From contig NC_045697.1 in assembly GCF_009834535.1 (NCBI RefSeq), positions 436,001-500,000 on the forward strand: DNA of 64,000 nucleotides, given 5' to 3'. Under the pieces are notes generated by a model, which worked only from the letters and a program-made list of their open reading frames with translations, had not been told where the DNA came from and searched no databases. This document shows positions 11,700 to 24,160 of this stretch, in pieces (within the stretch, counting starts at the first letter, position 1; each line of letters opens with the position of its first letter). The DNA is from Camelus ferus (taxonomy: Eukaryota). The position numbers and the translations under genes were made by a program.

Positions 11700-12860
11700 C
11701 GTTTCGCTCTGCCCGCCGCACGCGGGGAGCCAGGGCCAGGGATGCAGGTGTCACGTCTCCCCGGCCGCCCTCTGGAGGCCTCGCCCCGCTGAGCACGCCG
11801 CTCCCCGAAGCCCGGAGGCAGCTGGAAAGGGATGAGGTGCCGTGTGGGATGGGAACCGAGGCCGCTCGCCCTGCGCCCGACTCTCCCCCCAGGGCCCTCC
11901 CCGGAAGCGCTCCTCAAGACCCCCGCCCCTCCACCAAAGGCCCCCTCCCCACAGGCCCCTGCCCGGGGGTCCGGGTGCCGGCCTGGCCCGGGGGCTGCCC
12001 CCACCCGGACGCCGCCCTGACCTTTGCGCAGGCAGTCGTCACAGTACACGTGGCCACAGCTGGTCAGGCTGAAGCACGACGCCCCGCGGGGCTGCTGGAA
12101 GCAGCGATTACAGAACACCCAGCTGGCCATGCCGGGCCTGGCGTCCGCGCTGCCCCAGGCCGGGTCCCCGCGCAGCCCACGCGAGACCTGGCCGCGGGAC
12201 CTGGGCGTGGCCCGAAGGCTGTGACTCCGCGCCTGCGCAAACGTAAGCTCTGCGGGGCTCCCGCCCAAACTCAAGCGCTGGAAGGTACCAACCCAGGAAG
12301 ACGGGGAGGCCTGAGTCAGATCTTTCCCTCTGCGGCTTGTTCTGGCCGGACGACCGGGAGGCGGACCCGCCTCGCTCATCCCAACGCTGCAATGCCCAGG
12401 GATTCTCCTGAGGGCAGCGCGCCGTAGTCCAGGCCCAGCGTGGGCCCCCACGCAGCGCCGGCGTGGTTGCGTCGGGATGTGGGCGCAGGCGCGGAGCGGG
12501 AGAGGCCGGCGCGGCTCAGGGGCCTCCGCGGGCGGGCGGCGTCAGGTGAGGTTGCGGCCGGGGCCTGGGCGGAGGTGGCCGTGGGGAGGCGGGCCGGGTG
12601 TCGGGCGCGAGAGGGCGAGGGCCGGCAGGGCGGGCCAGACGGCCCCTCATGCCCTCCGTAATGCAGGTGGTGGCGGGGGAGACCGAGCGACCACAGGCCG
12701 GAGGAGCAGGAAGCGGGCCTGGGCCTGGCCGGTGGGAGGTGGGGGGATTAGGGGCCCGGATGGGGTGTGGCCGGGGCCCGGGGCCCACTGGCTGGAACGC
12801 GTGCGCGAGGTTCGCCGGGCCGGGCTGCGGCCCTTGCCCACCTCGTACGCGTGAAAAGGC
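11700..12860. promoter_or_regulatory. RNF212: CpG island / RNF212 promoter
   Basis: Very GC- and CpG-rich block spanning exon 1. Contains NRF1-like GCGCAGGCGC motifs (12229-12239 minus, 12483-12492 plus), an E2F-like TCCCGCC (12259-12265) and GC boxes. Confidence 0.85.
12022..12130 (-). CDS. RNF212: RNF212 coding exon 1 (N-terminal half of RING finger)
   Basis: ATG at 12130 gives MASWVFCNRCFQQPRGASCFSLTSCGHVYCDDCLRK(G), matching the RNF212 N-terminus (CxxC...CGH..CxxC). 109 bp, donor AAG|GTCAGG, inside a CpG island. Confidence 0.96.
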
Positions 12861-13221
12861 TTGACCTGGGGGAGATTGTTTCCCTTTTAAAAATAGTAGC
12901 TGGAGGAGCAGGTGTAAGGGGCTCTCTGTACTAGTTTTTGTAACTGCAGTGAGCTTATAATTACTTCAAAATTTAGAGGAAATAAATAGAAGTTGCTTTT
13001 CATAGAATTGCGCTCCTCGTGGGATGCTCCATCCTCCCCGTGGAAGAGAGTTTCCGTCCGCACCGAGGCCGAGTGGGGACCCACTGAGAAAACTTGGTTC
13101 AGAGAAAGTTTCTGGGCCATTTACTTGTGTGCGGAAGGGTGGCCGTCTTTCAGGGAAATAGGAAAATGCAGAGATTAAGGACGACTCTTTCTGAGTGGAA
13201 TGCAGTCGGGAAAGGATGCGC

Positions 13222-13545
13222 GCCCTCTGTCCCGTGCTGCAGCTGTGAACCTCATGCGGCCGTGAGCCTTTGAAGTGTGGCTGGTCCAAATTGAGGTGTG
13301 CTTTGATCGTAAAATACACCTGGATTTCCAAGACTTCATGTCGAAAAAGAAATGTAAACTATCTCATTAATAATTTTATACTGATGATGTGTTAAAGCTG
13401 GAATATGTTTGAGGTATTGGTTAACATATGTCACTAGGGTTAATTCTACTCCATTAAAAAAAAAAAAGCTTTTTAAATGTGGTGACCAGAAAACTTAAAA
13501 TTTCATGTGTAGCTTTAAAAAAAAAATTCTGTTGGACGGTGCTGA
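13222..13545 (-). mobile_element. MER33-like hAT-Charlie DNA transposon fossil
   Basis: Resembles recalled MER33 consensus segments (tttgaagtgtggctggtccaaattgag...aaaatacacctggattt...atctcattaataatttt...tctgttggacggtgctg). Confidence 0.7.
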
Positions 13546-13708
13546 TCTAGAGCAAGTTTAAAATAAGTCATGTGCTTATTCTATCAAACTCACAAGCTGC
13601 ATTGTTAAAGTGACATTTACTCAGCGTCACAATGCTGTAGCACTAATTCTGACCTCTGATGGCTTTGAAATCATAAAAGTAATGCACATTTATGAATATG
13701 TATTTTGA

Positions 13709-13754
13709 TTTATTAAGCATTATGCAGGTTAGAAGGTAGTTATTTGCCTTTATT
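13709..13754 (-). terminator. TMED11: TMED11 polyadenylation signals (two AATAAA)
   Basis: AATAAA on the minus strand at 13749-13754 (6 nt after the stop) and at 13709-13714. Confidence 0.65.
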
Positions 13755-13760
13755 AATACT

Positions 13761-13910
13761 TTAAACAAGTTTCTTAGCTATGAAGAAGTCTTTAAGGTAC
13801 TTCATTTGGAAAATTCCAACTGAGATAAAGATTAGTGTCTGTGCAAATGCCCACCATAAAACATTGTTATTTGTATCTTCACTGGTTATTCGAAATTTTT
13901 CTTCACGGTC
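13761..13910 (-). CDS. TMED11: TMED11 exon 5 (TM helix, FF and KKxx tail, stop)
   Basis: ttcgcag|GACCGT...GTTTAA gives [49 protein letters not shown]. Total CDS 651 nt = 216 aa plus stop. Confidence 0.95.
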   Translation of the reverse strand, partial: DREEKFRITSEDTNNNVLWWAFAQTLIFISVGIFQMKYLKDFFIAKKLV

Positions 13911-14199
13911 CTGCGAAGAAGAGAAATAGGGAGGTTTAGTTTCTTAAGGTACATCATGCATGAATTTGAGGAGAAGGTGCTCTATGCATTCAAGTTACTT
14001 AATGTTGCCCAGGTAATATCTTATGCCAATGTGCAATATCTGATTTTCTAAGCCAAGATGTGTTGTGAGCCAAAGACAAGGAGTAAGAGTCAACCTTATA
14101 AAACATTTTTGTACTCTGGTGTAAGAGATCAAGTATTTGATCTGTTACTTTATGCGTTTTATTTGTCACCATCAAACAGAGTGATCATTACCTAATAAT

Positions 14200-14345
14200 A
14201 GTGTTAGAGTTTCATCATTTGAGTCCTTATTTTTAAGCAGCACTGTGCTCATTTTGTTTTCCGGATAAGGAAACTGATGCTTAGAGGTGGTAGAAGGTTC
14301 ATAAGTGGTGGAGCAGATCTGAGCCCACGTCTGACCAGAGTCCAC
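14200..14345. mobile_element. MIR SINE fragment
   Basis: MIR core-like ctcattttgttttccggataaggaaactgatgcttagagg...gcagatctgagccc. Confidence 0.5.
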
Positions 14346-14682
14346 TGAGCACAGTCCCCCAGGAAACAATGTCACAAGAACAAAATTGTGACTTAGAAAG
14401 TGGGCACACTGAGACTCTCCAGGTCCTCGGGTGTGTTTGGAAGCCCTTATTTATTCATTCTGTGAGCTCAGCCTACAGGTGAATGAGCCGCAATCCCTTT
14501 CCTGGAGGAGCTCACGGTCCAGTGGACAGTGGAAGATCACTCCCCCCAGTCCCTGCGTGTCCGCACAGCTCTCGCTCAAAGAAAGGGGGACAGGCAGTTT
14601 ATTCTTCCCTTGGTTCAGGGGCTCTGTCTTGAGAGTTACATTCCTGCAGGGAGAGGTTGAATAGCTGAGTAGGCAGACTGAC

Positions 14683-14829
14683 CCTTTGATAGTTTTGTTC
14701 TTTGATTATTTGCTCAATTTGCTCAATTAGATGTTCAAGCTTGAAGCTCACTTCATTAACTTTGTCCTTTGCTTGAGCAATGGCTGCATCAAGGTCGTGT
14801 TCTCCAACTCGAATGTCTAAGTGGATCCG
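14683..14829 (-). CDS. TMED11: TMED11 exon 4 (coiled-coil)
   Basis: tgtgcag|CGGATC...CAAAGG|GTCAGT. 147 bp, [49 protein letters not shown]. Confidence 0.95.
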
Positions 14830-15551
14830 CTGCACAAATAGGAAAAGGAAAGAAACATGTTCTCAGCCCAGCTCGCCCTCTCCCTGCTTTGCCCTCTGTG
14901 TCTTCCCATCCCTTCCTTTTCTCCTCTCCCCCTTTCCAGAGCAAACACTGCTTCATCCTCGAGCTCTCTTTTTCCTGACCACACTCAAGTCCCCGTAATA
15001 CTCGGTGGTCTATCTCTGTATAATGATGCATAAAATGGTACCTTCGGGCCTGAAAGAGGACTTGTATCTTCCTGAACTGTTGTTCACTGTTAGGTGAGTG
15101 CCTGTGGCCCTGAGAGAAATTGACTGCTCTCAGGAAAATTTTCTTCACGTGTAACTAAATTTCTAATGCTAAAGTATACATTCTCATCATGTCTTCTCAG
15201 CATATTTAGAAAATGGCCAATCATCATCTACCGTGTAAGAGTTTTATTTATTGGAATTCCATTGTTAATTCACCCTCAGCCCTCAATTGTTTTCAAGCCT
15301 GAATAATCACAGTTCTCTTAACCTTCCCTCCCAGTTCTCATTTTTCAAGCCCTTTAATCAACTTTATAGTTCTCCTATGAACCCCTTCCAAGCTCGGCAG
15401 CTCCCTCTTTGGTTGCTGTGCTGAGGTCTGGGCACAGGGCCTTCACACACCTCCAGCCGTCCTGGGTGCAACAGTTCTGTATGTCGGTGTCATGCCTGAA
15501 GAGTGCTGATGCCGTGCTCCTTGCCAGAGGCACAGGGAGGCTTACACTTAC

Positions 15552-15677
15552 CAGCTTGCTCCCTCCGAAGGACACAAGCCTTGTAGAATTAGATTCTAAG
15601 CAAATGATGTGTTCTCCAGGTGAATGTGAAGTAAAATAGAATGTTCCCTGTGGGCCATATAGCTTTGACAACAATAC
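15552..15677 (-). CDS. TMED11: TMED11 exon 3 (GOLD domain)
   Basis: atcctag|GTATTG...AAGCTG|GTAAGT. 126 bp, [42 protein letters not shown]. Confidence 0.95.
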
Positions 15678-16429
15678 CTAGGATGGAGGATATCCACAAT
15701 TTAAGTTTATTATTTACTTTCCATTTAAAAAATAAATCTCCCCTGTATACTCTAGTAAAAATCATGCAGTTCTTTAAGAAGAAGTCAAATGGCCAATAAC
15801 ATGAAAAATATTTAACCTTGCTGGTAATCAAAAACATATAAACCACAGTAAGGTATTCTCTATTAGTTATCCGGTTGGCAAAGACTTAGAAGTACCCAGG
15901 GATAGTACTGAGAAATATGATCTGTAAACACTGACTGTTTGGGAATGTAAACTGAGCAACTGTTTTAAAGCGTGATTTGACTCTATGTATTAAAAATTAA
16001 AAGTGTGTACGGCTGTTGACTCAGCAGCGCTACCTGTAGAAGTTTATCCCGTGGAAAGGTACAAGTAGAGTTACGTGTAAAAGCACAATTATTTGTAAAT
16101 AAAAATTTTCATTTTTGAAATAACTATTACTTTTCAGTAGAGGTTGATTAAATTTAGGAGAAGCCAAATGAAGAAATGCTAGGAAGCAGTAAAAGAATGT
16201 TACACCCATCCCTGTACTAAAGGTGCCATGGTGTCCTGCGGTATAGCGGTCTGTATAGGATCCTGTTTTTCTAAAAATATCATTTATAAAGGGACACATA
16301 CTTTGAAGAAGATTCTGAAGATCTGAAGAGTACATACCAAGCTGTTAGGCAGTTATATTTGTTGGAGAACTTTGATTTTCTGCTTAGTATATTTCTATAT
16401 TGTCTGTTATTTTGAAAAACAGGTATAGG

Positions 16430-19400
16430 ACTTTCAGTCTAGCATATAAGGAACTTGGTAGTTGTCACTGTGTCTTAACAATAAAAAGCTTCATAACAAG
16501 AAAATCAGTTCTTAGATCTGTTACAGAATTGAGGTCATGGGGCAAACTGCTGCCCCCAGAATTGAAGAGAGAAGCCAATACAGAGAATTACAACTTACCA
16601 GCACTGGGTTCTTTTTACCCAGCACATCATGTCCAACTGTCAGCAACAACAGAAAAATAACAGGGCATACTAAAAGGCAAAAAACACAATTTGAAAAGAC
16701 AGAACAAGCCTCAGTAGTAGATTCAGATATGGCAGGATGTTGGAATGATCAGACCAGGAATTTAGAAAAAGCATGATTAATATTCTGTGGCCTCTAATGG
16801 AGAAAGTAGACAACATGCAAGATCAAATGCATAATGTGAGCAGAGATGAAAATTCTGTGGAAGAATAAAAAATACATGCTAGAGATCAAAACCACTGTAG
16901 CAGAAACAAAGAGTGCTTTTGGGTTCATTAGTAGACTGGACAGGGCTGAGGAAAGAATTTCTGAGCTTGAGGTTATGTCAGCAGAAAATTTCAAAACTAC
17001 AAAGTAAAGAGAAAAAAGACCAGAGAAAGAAAAGGAACAGAATATCCAAGGACTATGGGACAGCTGTTCAATGTGTGACATACATGTAATGGGAATACCA
17101 GAAGGAGAAGAAAGAAAATGACAGAAAAAAACATTTAAAGCAGTAATGACTGAGAGCTTCAAATTAGTGTCAGACTCCAAGCCACAGCTCTGGGAGGCTT
17201 AGAGGACACCAAGCAGGATGAATGCCAATGAAGCTACACCTAGGCATATGGTATTTAAAACTGCAGATGTCAAAGATAAAGAACAAATCTTGAAATGAAG
17301 CCAGAGGGGAAAAACACCTTATTTATAGGGGAGCAAAGATAAGAATTAACATCCAACTTCTCAGACAACATGTAAGCAAGAAGACAGTAGAGTGAAATAT
17401 TTAAGGTGTTGAGAGAAAGAACCCACCAACCTAGAATTCTGTATCCTGCAAAATTCTCCTTCAGAAATGAAAGAAGAATGAAGATTTTCTCAAACAAAAG
17501 TTGAGGGAATTTGTCACTGATAGACCTGCCTTGCAAGGGATGTTAAAAGTTCTTCAGAGAGAAGGATAATGATATTGGTCAGAAACTCAGATCTATGTGA
17601 ATATTGGGAAAGTATTAGAGATGGAATAAGTGAAGGTAAAATTAAAACTTTTATTTTTCTTAGTAACTGAGCTGATAAGTCTTTCAAAATAACAGCAACA
17701 ATGTATTGATTATAGTTTGCATGTAAATAAAATGACTAACAGCAAAGATGCAAAGGATGGGAGATAGGGATTAGGATTACTTGGTTATCATAAGGCACTT
17801 GCACTGCCTGTGTAGTGATAGGGTGTTACTAGAAGTGAACTTGGATTAGTCCAAAGTGTATATTGCAAACTCTAGGGCAACCACTGGAAAAAAAAGTTGA
17901 AAGAAATATAGTTGATAGCTAAGAAAAGAGATACAATAGCATCACATAAAATAATTAAAACCACCAAAGACAAAAAAAGAATGGAAAACAAAAATAGGAA
18001 CAAAGAGCAAGGATGGTAACTAGAAAACAGAAACAAACATGGTAGATGTTAACCCAACTATATCAATAGTCACTTAGAATGTTAGTGGTCTAAATGCACC
18101 AATCAAAACAGACGTTATCAGAGTGAATCAAGAAACCAAACCCAATTATGTATATGTTGTCTGTAAGAAACTCTTTAAAAAAAAAAGACACGTATGGATT
18201 AAAAGTTAAGGAATGGAGAAAGATGTATATGCTAACCTTAATGAAAAGAAAGCTGGAATATTTATATTAACTTCAGGCAGAGTAGACTTCAAAACAAGGA
18301 AAATTATCAGGGATAATTACATAACGGAGTGTCATGTAATAATAAAGAGGTCAGATCTCCAGGAAGACAGTCTTTAACGTCTACACATCTAACAACGGGG
18401 TGTCAAAATACGTGAAGCAAAAACTGGAAGAACTGCGAGGACAAGCAGAAGAATCCACTGTTACAGTTGGAGACTTTGATACCCTCTGCCAGAAGTGGGC
18501 AGATCCAGCAGCAGATCAGCAAGGACACAGTAGAACTTGATAGCACCATCAACCAACTCAATATAATTATCTGTAGACAGCTTCATCCCACAAAGCAGAG
18601 TGTACATTCTTCTCAAGCTCACATGGACCACTCATGAAGGTAGACCACATATTAGAAGGCAACATAGGAGAAAATCTAGACAACCTTGGGTTTGGTGATG
18701 ACTTTAGGTACAACACCAAAGGTGTGAGCCATGAAAGAAAGAATTGAGAAGCTGGACTTCATTAAAATTAAACTTCATTAAACATTTAACATTAAACATC
18801 ATTAAAATTAAAAACTTCTCTGCAGAATAGAAAGCTGTCTCTCTGTCATGAGTGTGAAGAGACAAGCCGCAGACTGGGAGAAACTATTTGTAAAGGAGAT
18901 ATCTGATAAAGCACCGTTATCCAAAAGATGCAAAGAATTTTGAAAACGACAATGAGAAAATGAGCAAATCAATTTAAAAATGGGTAACAGATTTGAACAG
19001 ACACCTCGCCAATGAAGACGTGGCAGATAAGCACGTGGAAGGATGCTCCCCATCACATGTCATTAGGGAATTGCAAATTAAAAACAACACTGAGATACCA
19101 CTATACATCTACTAGAATGACCAAAATCCAGAACACTGACAACATTAAATGCTGGTGAGGATGTGGAACATTAGCCCTCATTTACTGCTGGTGGGAATGC
19201 AAAGTGGTACAGTCCCTTGGGGAGACAGTCTGGGGCTTCTTTCAAAACGAAGTGTACTTTTACCATACAGTCCTGCAGTTGTGCCATTTTTTCCAAATAT
19301 ATATGTATTTTATTTTTAGTTTTCAATATATTTTTATTGAGGTATAGTCAGTTTGCAATGTTGTGTCAATTTCTGGTGTACAGCACAATACTTCAGTGAT

Positions 19401-20510
19401 ATAGGAACATACATGTATTTGTTTTCATACTCTTTTTCACCATAAGTTACTGTAAGATAACTAAATATGGTTCCCTGTGCTATACAGTATAAACTTATTG
19501 TTTACCTATTTTATATATAGTATTGTGTATCTGCCAGTATCAAACTCCCAATTTATCCCTTCCTACCCACGTCTCCCCTGGTAGCCATAAGTTTGTTTTC
19601 TATGTCTATGAGTCTGTTTCTGTTTTATAAATAAGTTCCGTTTGTCTTTTTTTTTTTTTTTAATTCTACATATAAATGATAATCATATGGTGTTTCATCT
19701 TTCTCTTTCTGGCTTACTTCACTTAGAATGACAATCTCCAGGAACATCCATGTTGCTGCAAATGGCATTACTTTATTATTTTTTATGGCTGAGTAGTATT
19801 CCATTGTATAAATATACCACAGTCGTGTCATTTATTTACCCAAATTAGTTGGGAACTTGTGTCCACATGAAAACCTACACATAGATGTTCATAGCAGCTT
19901 TATTTATAATAGCCAAAATCTGGAAGCAACCAAGATGTCCTTCTGCATGTGAATGGATCAATAAACCATGGTATACATCCTGACAATGGAATATTATTCA
20001 ACAGTAAAACGAAATGAGCTATCAAGCCATGAAAAGACATGGAGGAAACTTAAGTGCATATTCCTAAGTGAAAGAAACCAGTCTGAAAAGGCTGCATACT
20101 GTATAGTTCCAATTATATGACATTCTGGGAATGGCAGAACTGTGGAGAAAGTAAAAGGGTCAGTGGTTGCCAGGGGTAGGGAGGAGTGGATACATGGGCG
20201 TGAATAAATGGGTTCCAGAGGAGTTTTCTGGGAGTGAAGCTACTCTGTGTTGATACTATAACGTGGGTACATGACATTGCACATCTGTCAAATATGAGAA
20301 TGTACACCACCGGGAATGAACCCTAACGTAGACTGTGGGCTTCGTGTGGTTGTGACAGGTCAGTGTCGGTCACCAGCTGTAATGGCCGCACTGCTCTCTG
20401 GCTGCTAGTGGGAGAGGCTGTGTTTGTGTGGGGCCAGAGGGCATCGGGACCTTTGTAGTTGCTGCAGAATTGTCTGTGAACCTAAAACTGCTCTAAAGTG
20501 TAGTCTGTTA
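16430..20510 (+). mobile_element. Old, degenerate LINE-1 (ORF1, ORF2 pieces, 3' end) in TMED11 intron 2, interrupted by a younger L1
   Basis: A-rich plus strand with L1 ORF1-like (agaattctgtatcctgcaaaattctccttcagaaatgaa), endonuclease-like and 3' (ggaagcaaccaagatgtccttc) segments. No intact ORF. Confidence 0.85.
19290..19824 (-). mobile_element. Younger LINE-1 3' fragment nested in reverse orientation
   Basis: Encodes the ORF2 tail WYIYTMEYYSAIKNNKVMPFAATWMFLEIVILSEVSQ. Closely resembles 51080-51560. Flanked by an imperfect TSD gtgccattt (19281-19289) / gtgtcattt (19825-19833). Confidence 0.85.
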
Positions 20511-22595
20511 AATAATTTTTAAAACAGGTGTGTATTACACGTAGAAAAATGCAACAAAGATTCTCCTTTTTTAGGTCTTTCAATTTTGATTTGGGGAAAT
20601 TAACAGGTCTTGCCATCTACTTTATCCCACTTAAGCGACCATTGACAGGGAAACTTTGTTAAATAAAACTGCGTTCAAGAGTCAGATTTTGCAGTTGATT
20701 TCTAATTTTTTTACAAATAAGAGTCCTCTTCCTTGAAAAAATACTCAAGTGACTCCTCATTACCTATTAAATTCAGTTTCTGAGCCTTAGTGTCATGTCA
20801 GGGTTCCACGTGGTCTGCTTCTAGTGGAGAGTCACGTCAGCAAACATGTTTGGAATACCTGTTGGTTTGGGGTGTTGGAAAAAGACTTGCTTGAGTTTAA
20901 ACCTCAGTGTTGCCACTTGCTGATGATGTGATCCTGTGGAAGTCATTCTGCCTCTCATGGTTTTCTCTTCGACAAGATGGAATAGGAGTATTGGACACGG
21001 AAAGATGGAAAGTGGAATTCAGATGCATGGTTTGAATGGTACATGAATATTTTCATTGTCTGCCCTGCCGACCCTACGAGCCAGGTTATTCCCTTGGGCT
21101 GCCAATCCCGTGGGCTGCACAAATTCAAGTTTGCAACCGCCAGTACCCTCTGCCCCCAGACCTACTGACTCAACAAGGAACAGTCAGTCCTTGTGGGGCT
21201 GCTGCCCAGGTCTCACAGGGGGACCTCAGCTTGTAAGAAACGTTAAAACTAGAGCTGTGTCTTGTCATCTTACTTCCAAATAGAGAGAGACTTCCTGAAA
21301 ATCACGTTTTTGGGGTGAATTTCCTCTCTCTCCGAGGCTCATGGCCAGTGTTTGCTGGATGTTTTCAGAATGAATGGAAATGTTTCTGCTCCCATCTGGA
21401 AGGGGGTGTTGTTTTAGGTAGCAGTGTTTTTTTTAAGAATAAAGCACCTCTGCCTTTTTGAAACAGTGAACAGGGTTTTCTGCAACAGTGGGAGCACAAG
21501 TAAAATTTGGGTTCCGGCTTAATATGTGTTTCCAGCTTGGTCATGGAAGATGACCGGGGAGGCACAGAGGAGAGCTGTGTGTTGGGGGAACCCAGCAGGA
21601 AGCATAGGAGGTGAGGACATCAGGAGGAGAAGGTGGCTGTCCTAACGGGTGCCTGGAATTAGCGAAATGGTCCCAGTGGACCTCCTGTCATGTAGGTGCC
21701 AGGTGGACCAAGAGAAGACTGCCACACAGGCAAGAATCAGGTGTCCGGTCGTCTAGTTGGAACGGAGCTCCCGGTCCTGTGTGAGGGAGGGTCACAGTGT
21801 CTAGCTGAGCTCAGTTGTCCTGAGACTTGAAACCTGGGCCCGTCTGCATCAAGTGCCCTCTCCTTGCCAGCGAGAGAGATGCTGTTCCATTCTGTGAGGC
21901 CCTGCCACCGCTCTGCTGCCCCCGAGCATGTCCTCGGGACAGCAGGTCCAGAGGGAAGTACTCCCTGAAACTGTGTGTGAGTTACTGGATGGAGCGGCTC
22001 ACAGGACCTAGAGCTGGTGCAGTGGGAACCAAGTCTGCTAGGACCATCATGCAGATGAGAAAACTAAGGAAGAAGGTGGTAGCTCCCTGCTCATGGCGTG
22101 GCTATGGAGGATGGTCTGCACTCGCACGTGGCCCCAACTCCTGGGTCCACACTCTGTCCTTCTGCCCAGGTGCCGCTTCTACTCTGCTGCCTCCGTGAGG
22201 AGGAGTCCTGAGAGCAGACAGACCAGAGGCTGCCATGTTCCTGCAGAAAGCCCAGCAGGACGGGGACCGTCTGACCTCATGTTCTGGGAAGGCCATGGCC
22301 CTGCAGAGCCTTGGGGGTCACCAGCCTGTCGCCCCCTCTGCCCAGCCTCAGGTGGTGGGCATGAGGCCTGCCTTGGGTGCTGGTAAGGAATCTCTGCTCC
22401 TCAGCTAGACTGTGGGTTTGTGGAAGGCAGGCAGTTTCTTGGTGCAGAATCTTTAATCAGAGCTGCACATGTGAAAAACGAGGTGCTGGATGGTGAGTGC
22501 TTTTGTAGAGATTTACAAAGTTTGTGGGCATATGTGACATATGAATTGTTAGGAAATGAAAAATTTCAGAAGCAAGAGATAGAAGAATGTTTTAC

Positions 22596-22696
22596 CTCAT
22601 CATTGTAAGTTGTAACAGCCACAAACATCCCCAAACCAGGGGCGGATTGAAGGAAGTCATGCCGATCTGTGTCCCACTGCTGTGTCTTGAAAGTCC
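22596..22696 (-). CDS. TMED11: TMED11 exon 2 (GOLD domain)
   Basis: tgaaacag|GGACTT...GATGAG|GTAAAA. 101 bp, (G)[33 protein letters not shown]. Absent from the ORF track; found by reading the minus strand. Confidence 0.93.
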
Positions 22697-23369
22697 CTGT
22701 TTCAAAAATAGAAGACATTATAAAATAAATGTAAGAAGTAGGTATCTGTGATCACTGGTGAATGAATCGCATTAAAAAATTACCCAAGTCACAAAATACT
22801 GTTTGTCTGAACAGCTTGTATCCTGGTCATTAGCTCATGTCACAGAGTAAGAAGATTCCAGAATACAGAGTTCTTGGTCCAGTTCTCACTCTTTTTACAA
22901 ATTACTTCACTGCTCCAAGCCTCAGCATCCTATTTAGGAAAATGGGTCTGACATGTATCCTTCCTAAGTGTCAGAGTTGTGAGGACTATTGAAAATGATA
23001 AAAAAAATAAGCCAATGAAAGCTTTCCACCTAAGACGTAAACTCCCTGTGGGTCAGGACCAAGCGACCTTTTCCAGCGTCTCCCCAGCAGTTCTCCTGTG
23101 TTCATAGTGAATCCTTCCTCTTGCTGTGTCCAGAGGCTCCTGCTAAGGTTTGGGTCCCTGGAAGAGTCAACCACTTTATCCATTTTGGCTGTGATAAGCA
23201 CCACGTGGCTTAACTTCCCCCTCGTACCCTTGAAATGTACAATGGGAATGAAAAAATACCTAACATTCATTGAAAAGTGCTGAAAAATAGCTAACAGTAC
23301 ATTCCACATGCCAGGTTCTGTCCTCAGCACTTAGCCTGCATCATCTCATTTCCTGTGCTCTGAGGAAGT

Positions 23370-23582
23370 ACAGTGACTCTTACAAAACGTAGGGTTAGGG
23401 TGTCAACCCTCCAGGCAGTTTGAAATCCACACATGACTTACAGTTGGCCCATTGTGTCCGCAGTTCCACATCCCAGATTCAACAGGCCGTGGATCATGGG
23501 TCCGGTACTATGTGCGATGGAAACAATCCATGTATGATGCACCTGTGCCATTCAATCCCATGTTGTTCAAGGGTCAACTATA
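23370..23582. mobile_element. Tigger-type (TcMar) MITE fossil
   Basis: TA-flanked ends tacagtgactctt.../...ttcaagggtcaactata and an internal segment resembling recalled Tigger3/MER2-type consensus. Confidence 0.55.
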
Positions 23583-23939
23583 TTCTTACCCATTTACACA
23601 CCCCCTCATTTGACAGGTATGTAATGAGCACCTCACAAGGGCTACAGTGTTGGGGGAGCTGAGGACAGAGTGAACAAAACAGACGATGTCCTTGTTCCCA
23701 AGGAGAAACAATGAGTAAATACATGTTGAAGATGTTAAATACACTGTCAGAAAAAGCAAGTAACAGGGACAGGCAGTGCTGGAGGATTTGGGAGTGTTAC
23801 GTGGGGGAGTCTGGGATGGCTTCTGACATTTGAGCAAAGATCTAGAAGAATAGGGGAGTGAAAAAATGTATGTAATTTTATATTTATCACATGTATATAT
23901 ATTACATCCGTATTTATCTGTCTGTATATCCCATTAAGT

Positions 23940-24160
23940 GCAAATTATGTGCCAAACACCATTCTAAAAAATTTACACCTAGAATCTGAATTCTCATAAC
24001 AATAGTGCCATGTAGGTAGGTGTTGTTTTTATGACGACTTTACACATCGTCACACAAACCAAAGCATAAGGTAATCTGCCCGAGGTCACGTACCTGGCAA
24101 GTAGTACAGTCAAGATTTCAACCCTAGGCAGTGACTGCCTCTGTACCACCTCACAGTGCT
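23940..24160. mobile_element. MIR SINE fragment
   Basis: MIR-like ggtaatctgcccgaggtcacgtacctggcaagt...gatttcaaccctaggcagtgact. Confidence 0.55.

Noticed and set aside
11684..12451. 255-aa ORF as a single-exon or N-terminally extended RNF212
   Set aside because: Only 12022-12130 matches RNF212. The upstream part begins at a non-ATG codon and the downstream part is intron 1.
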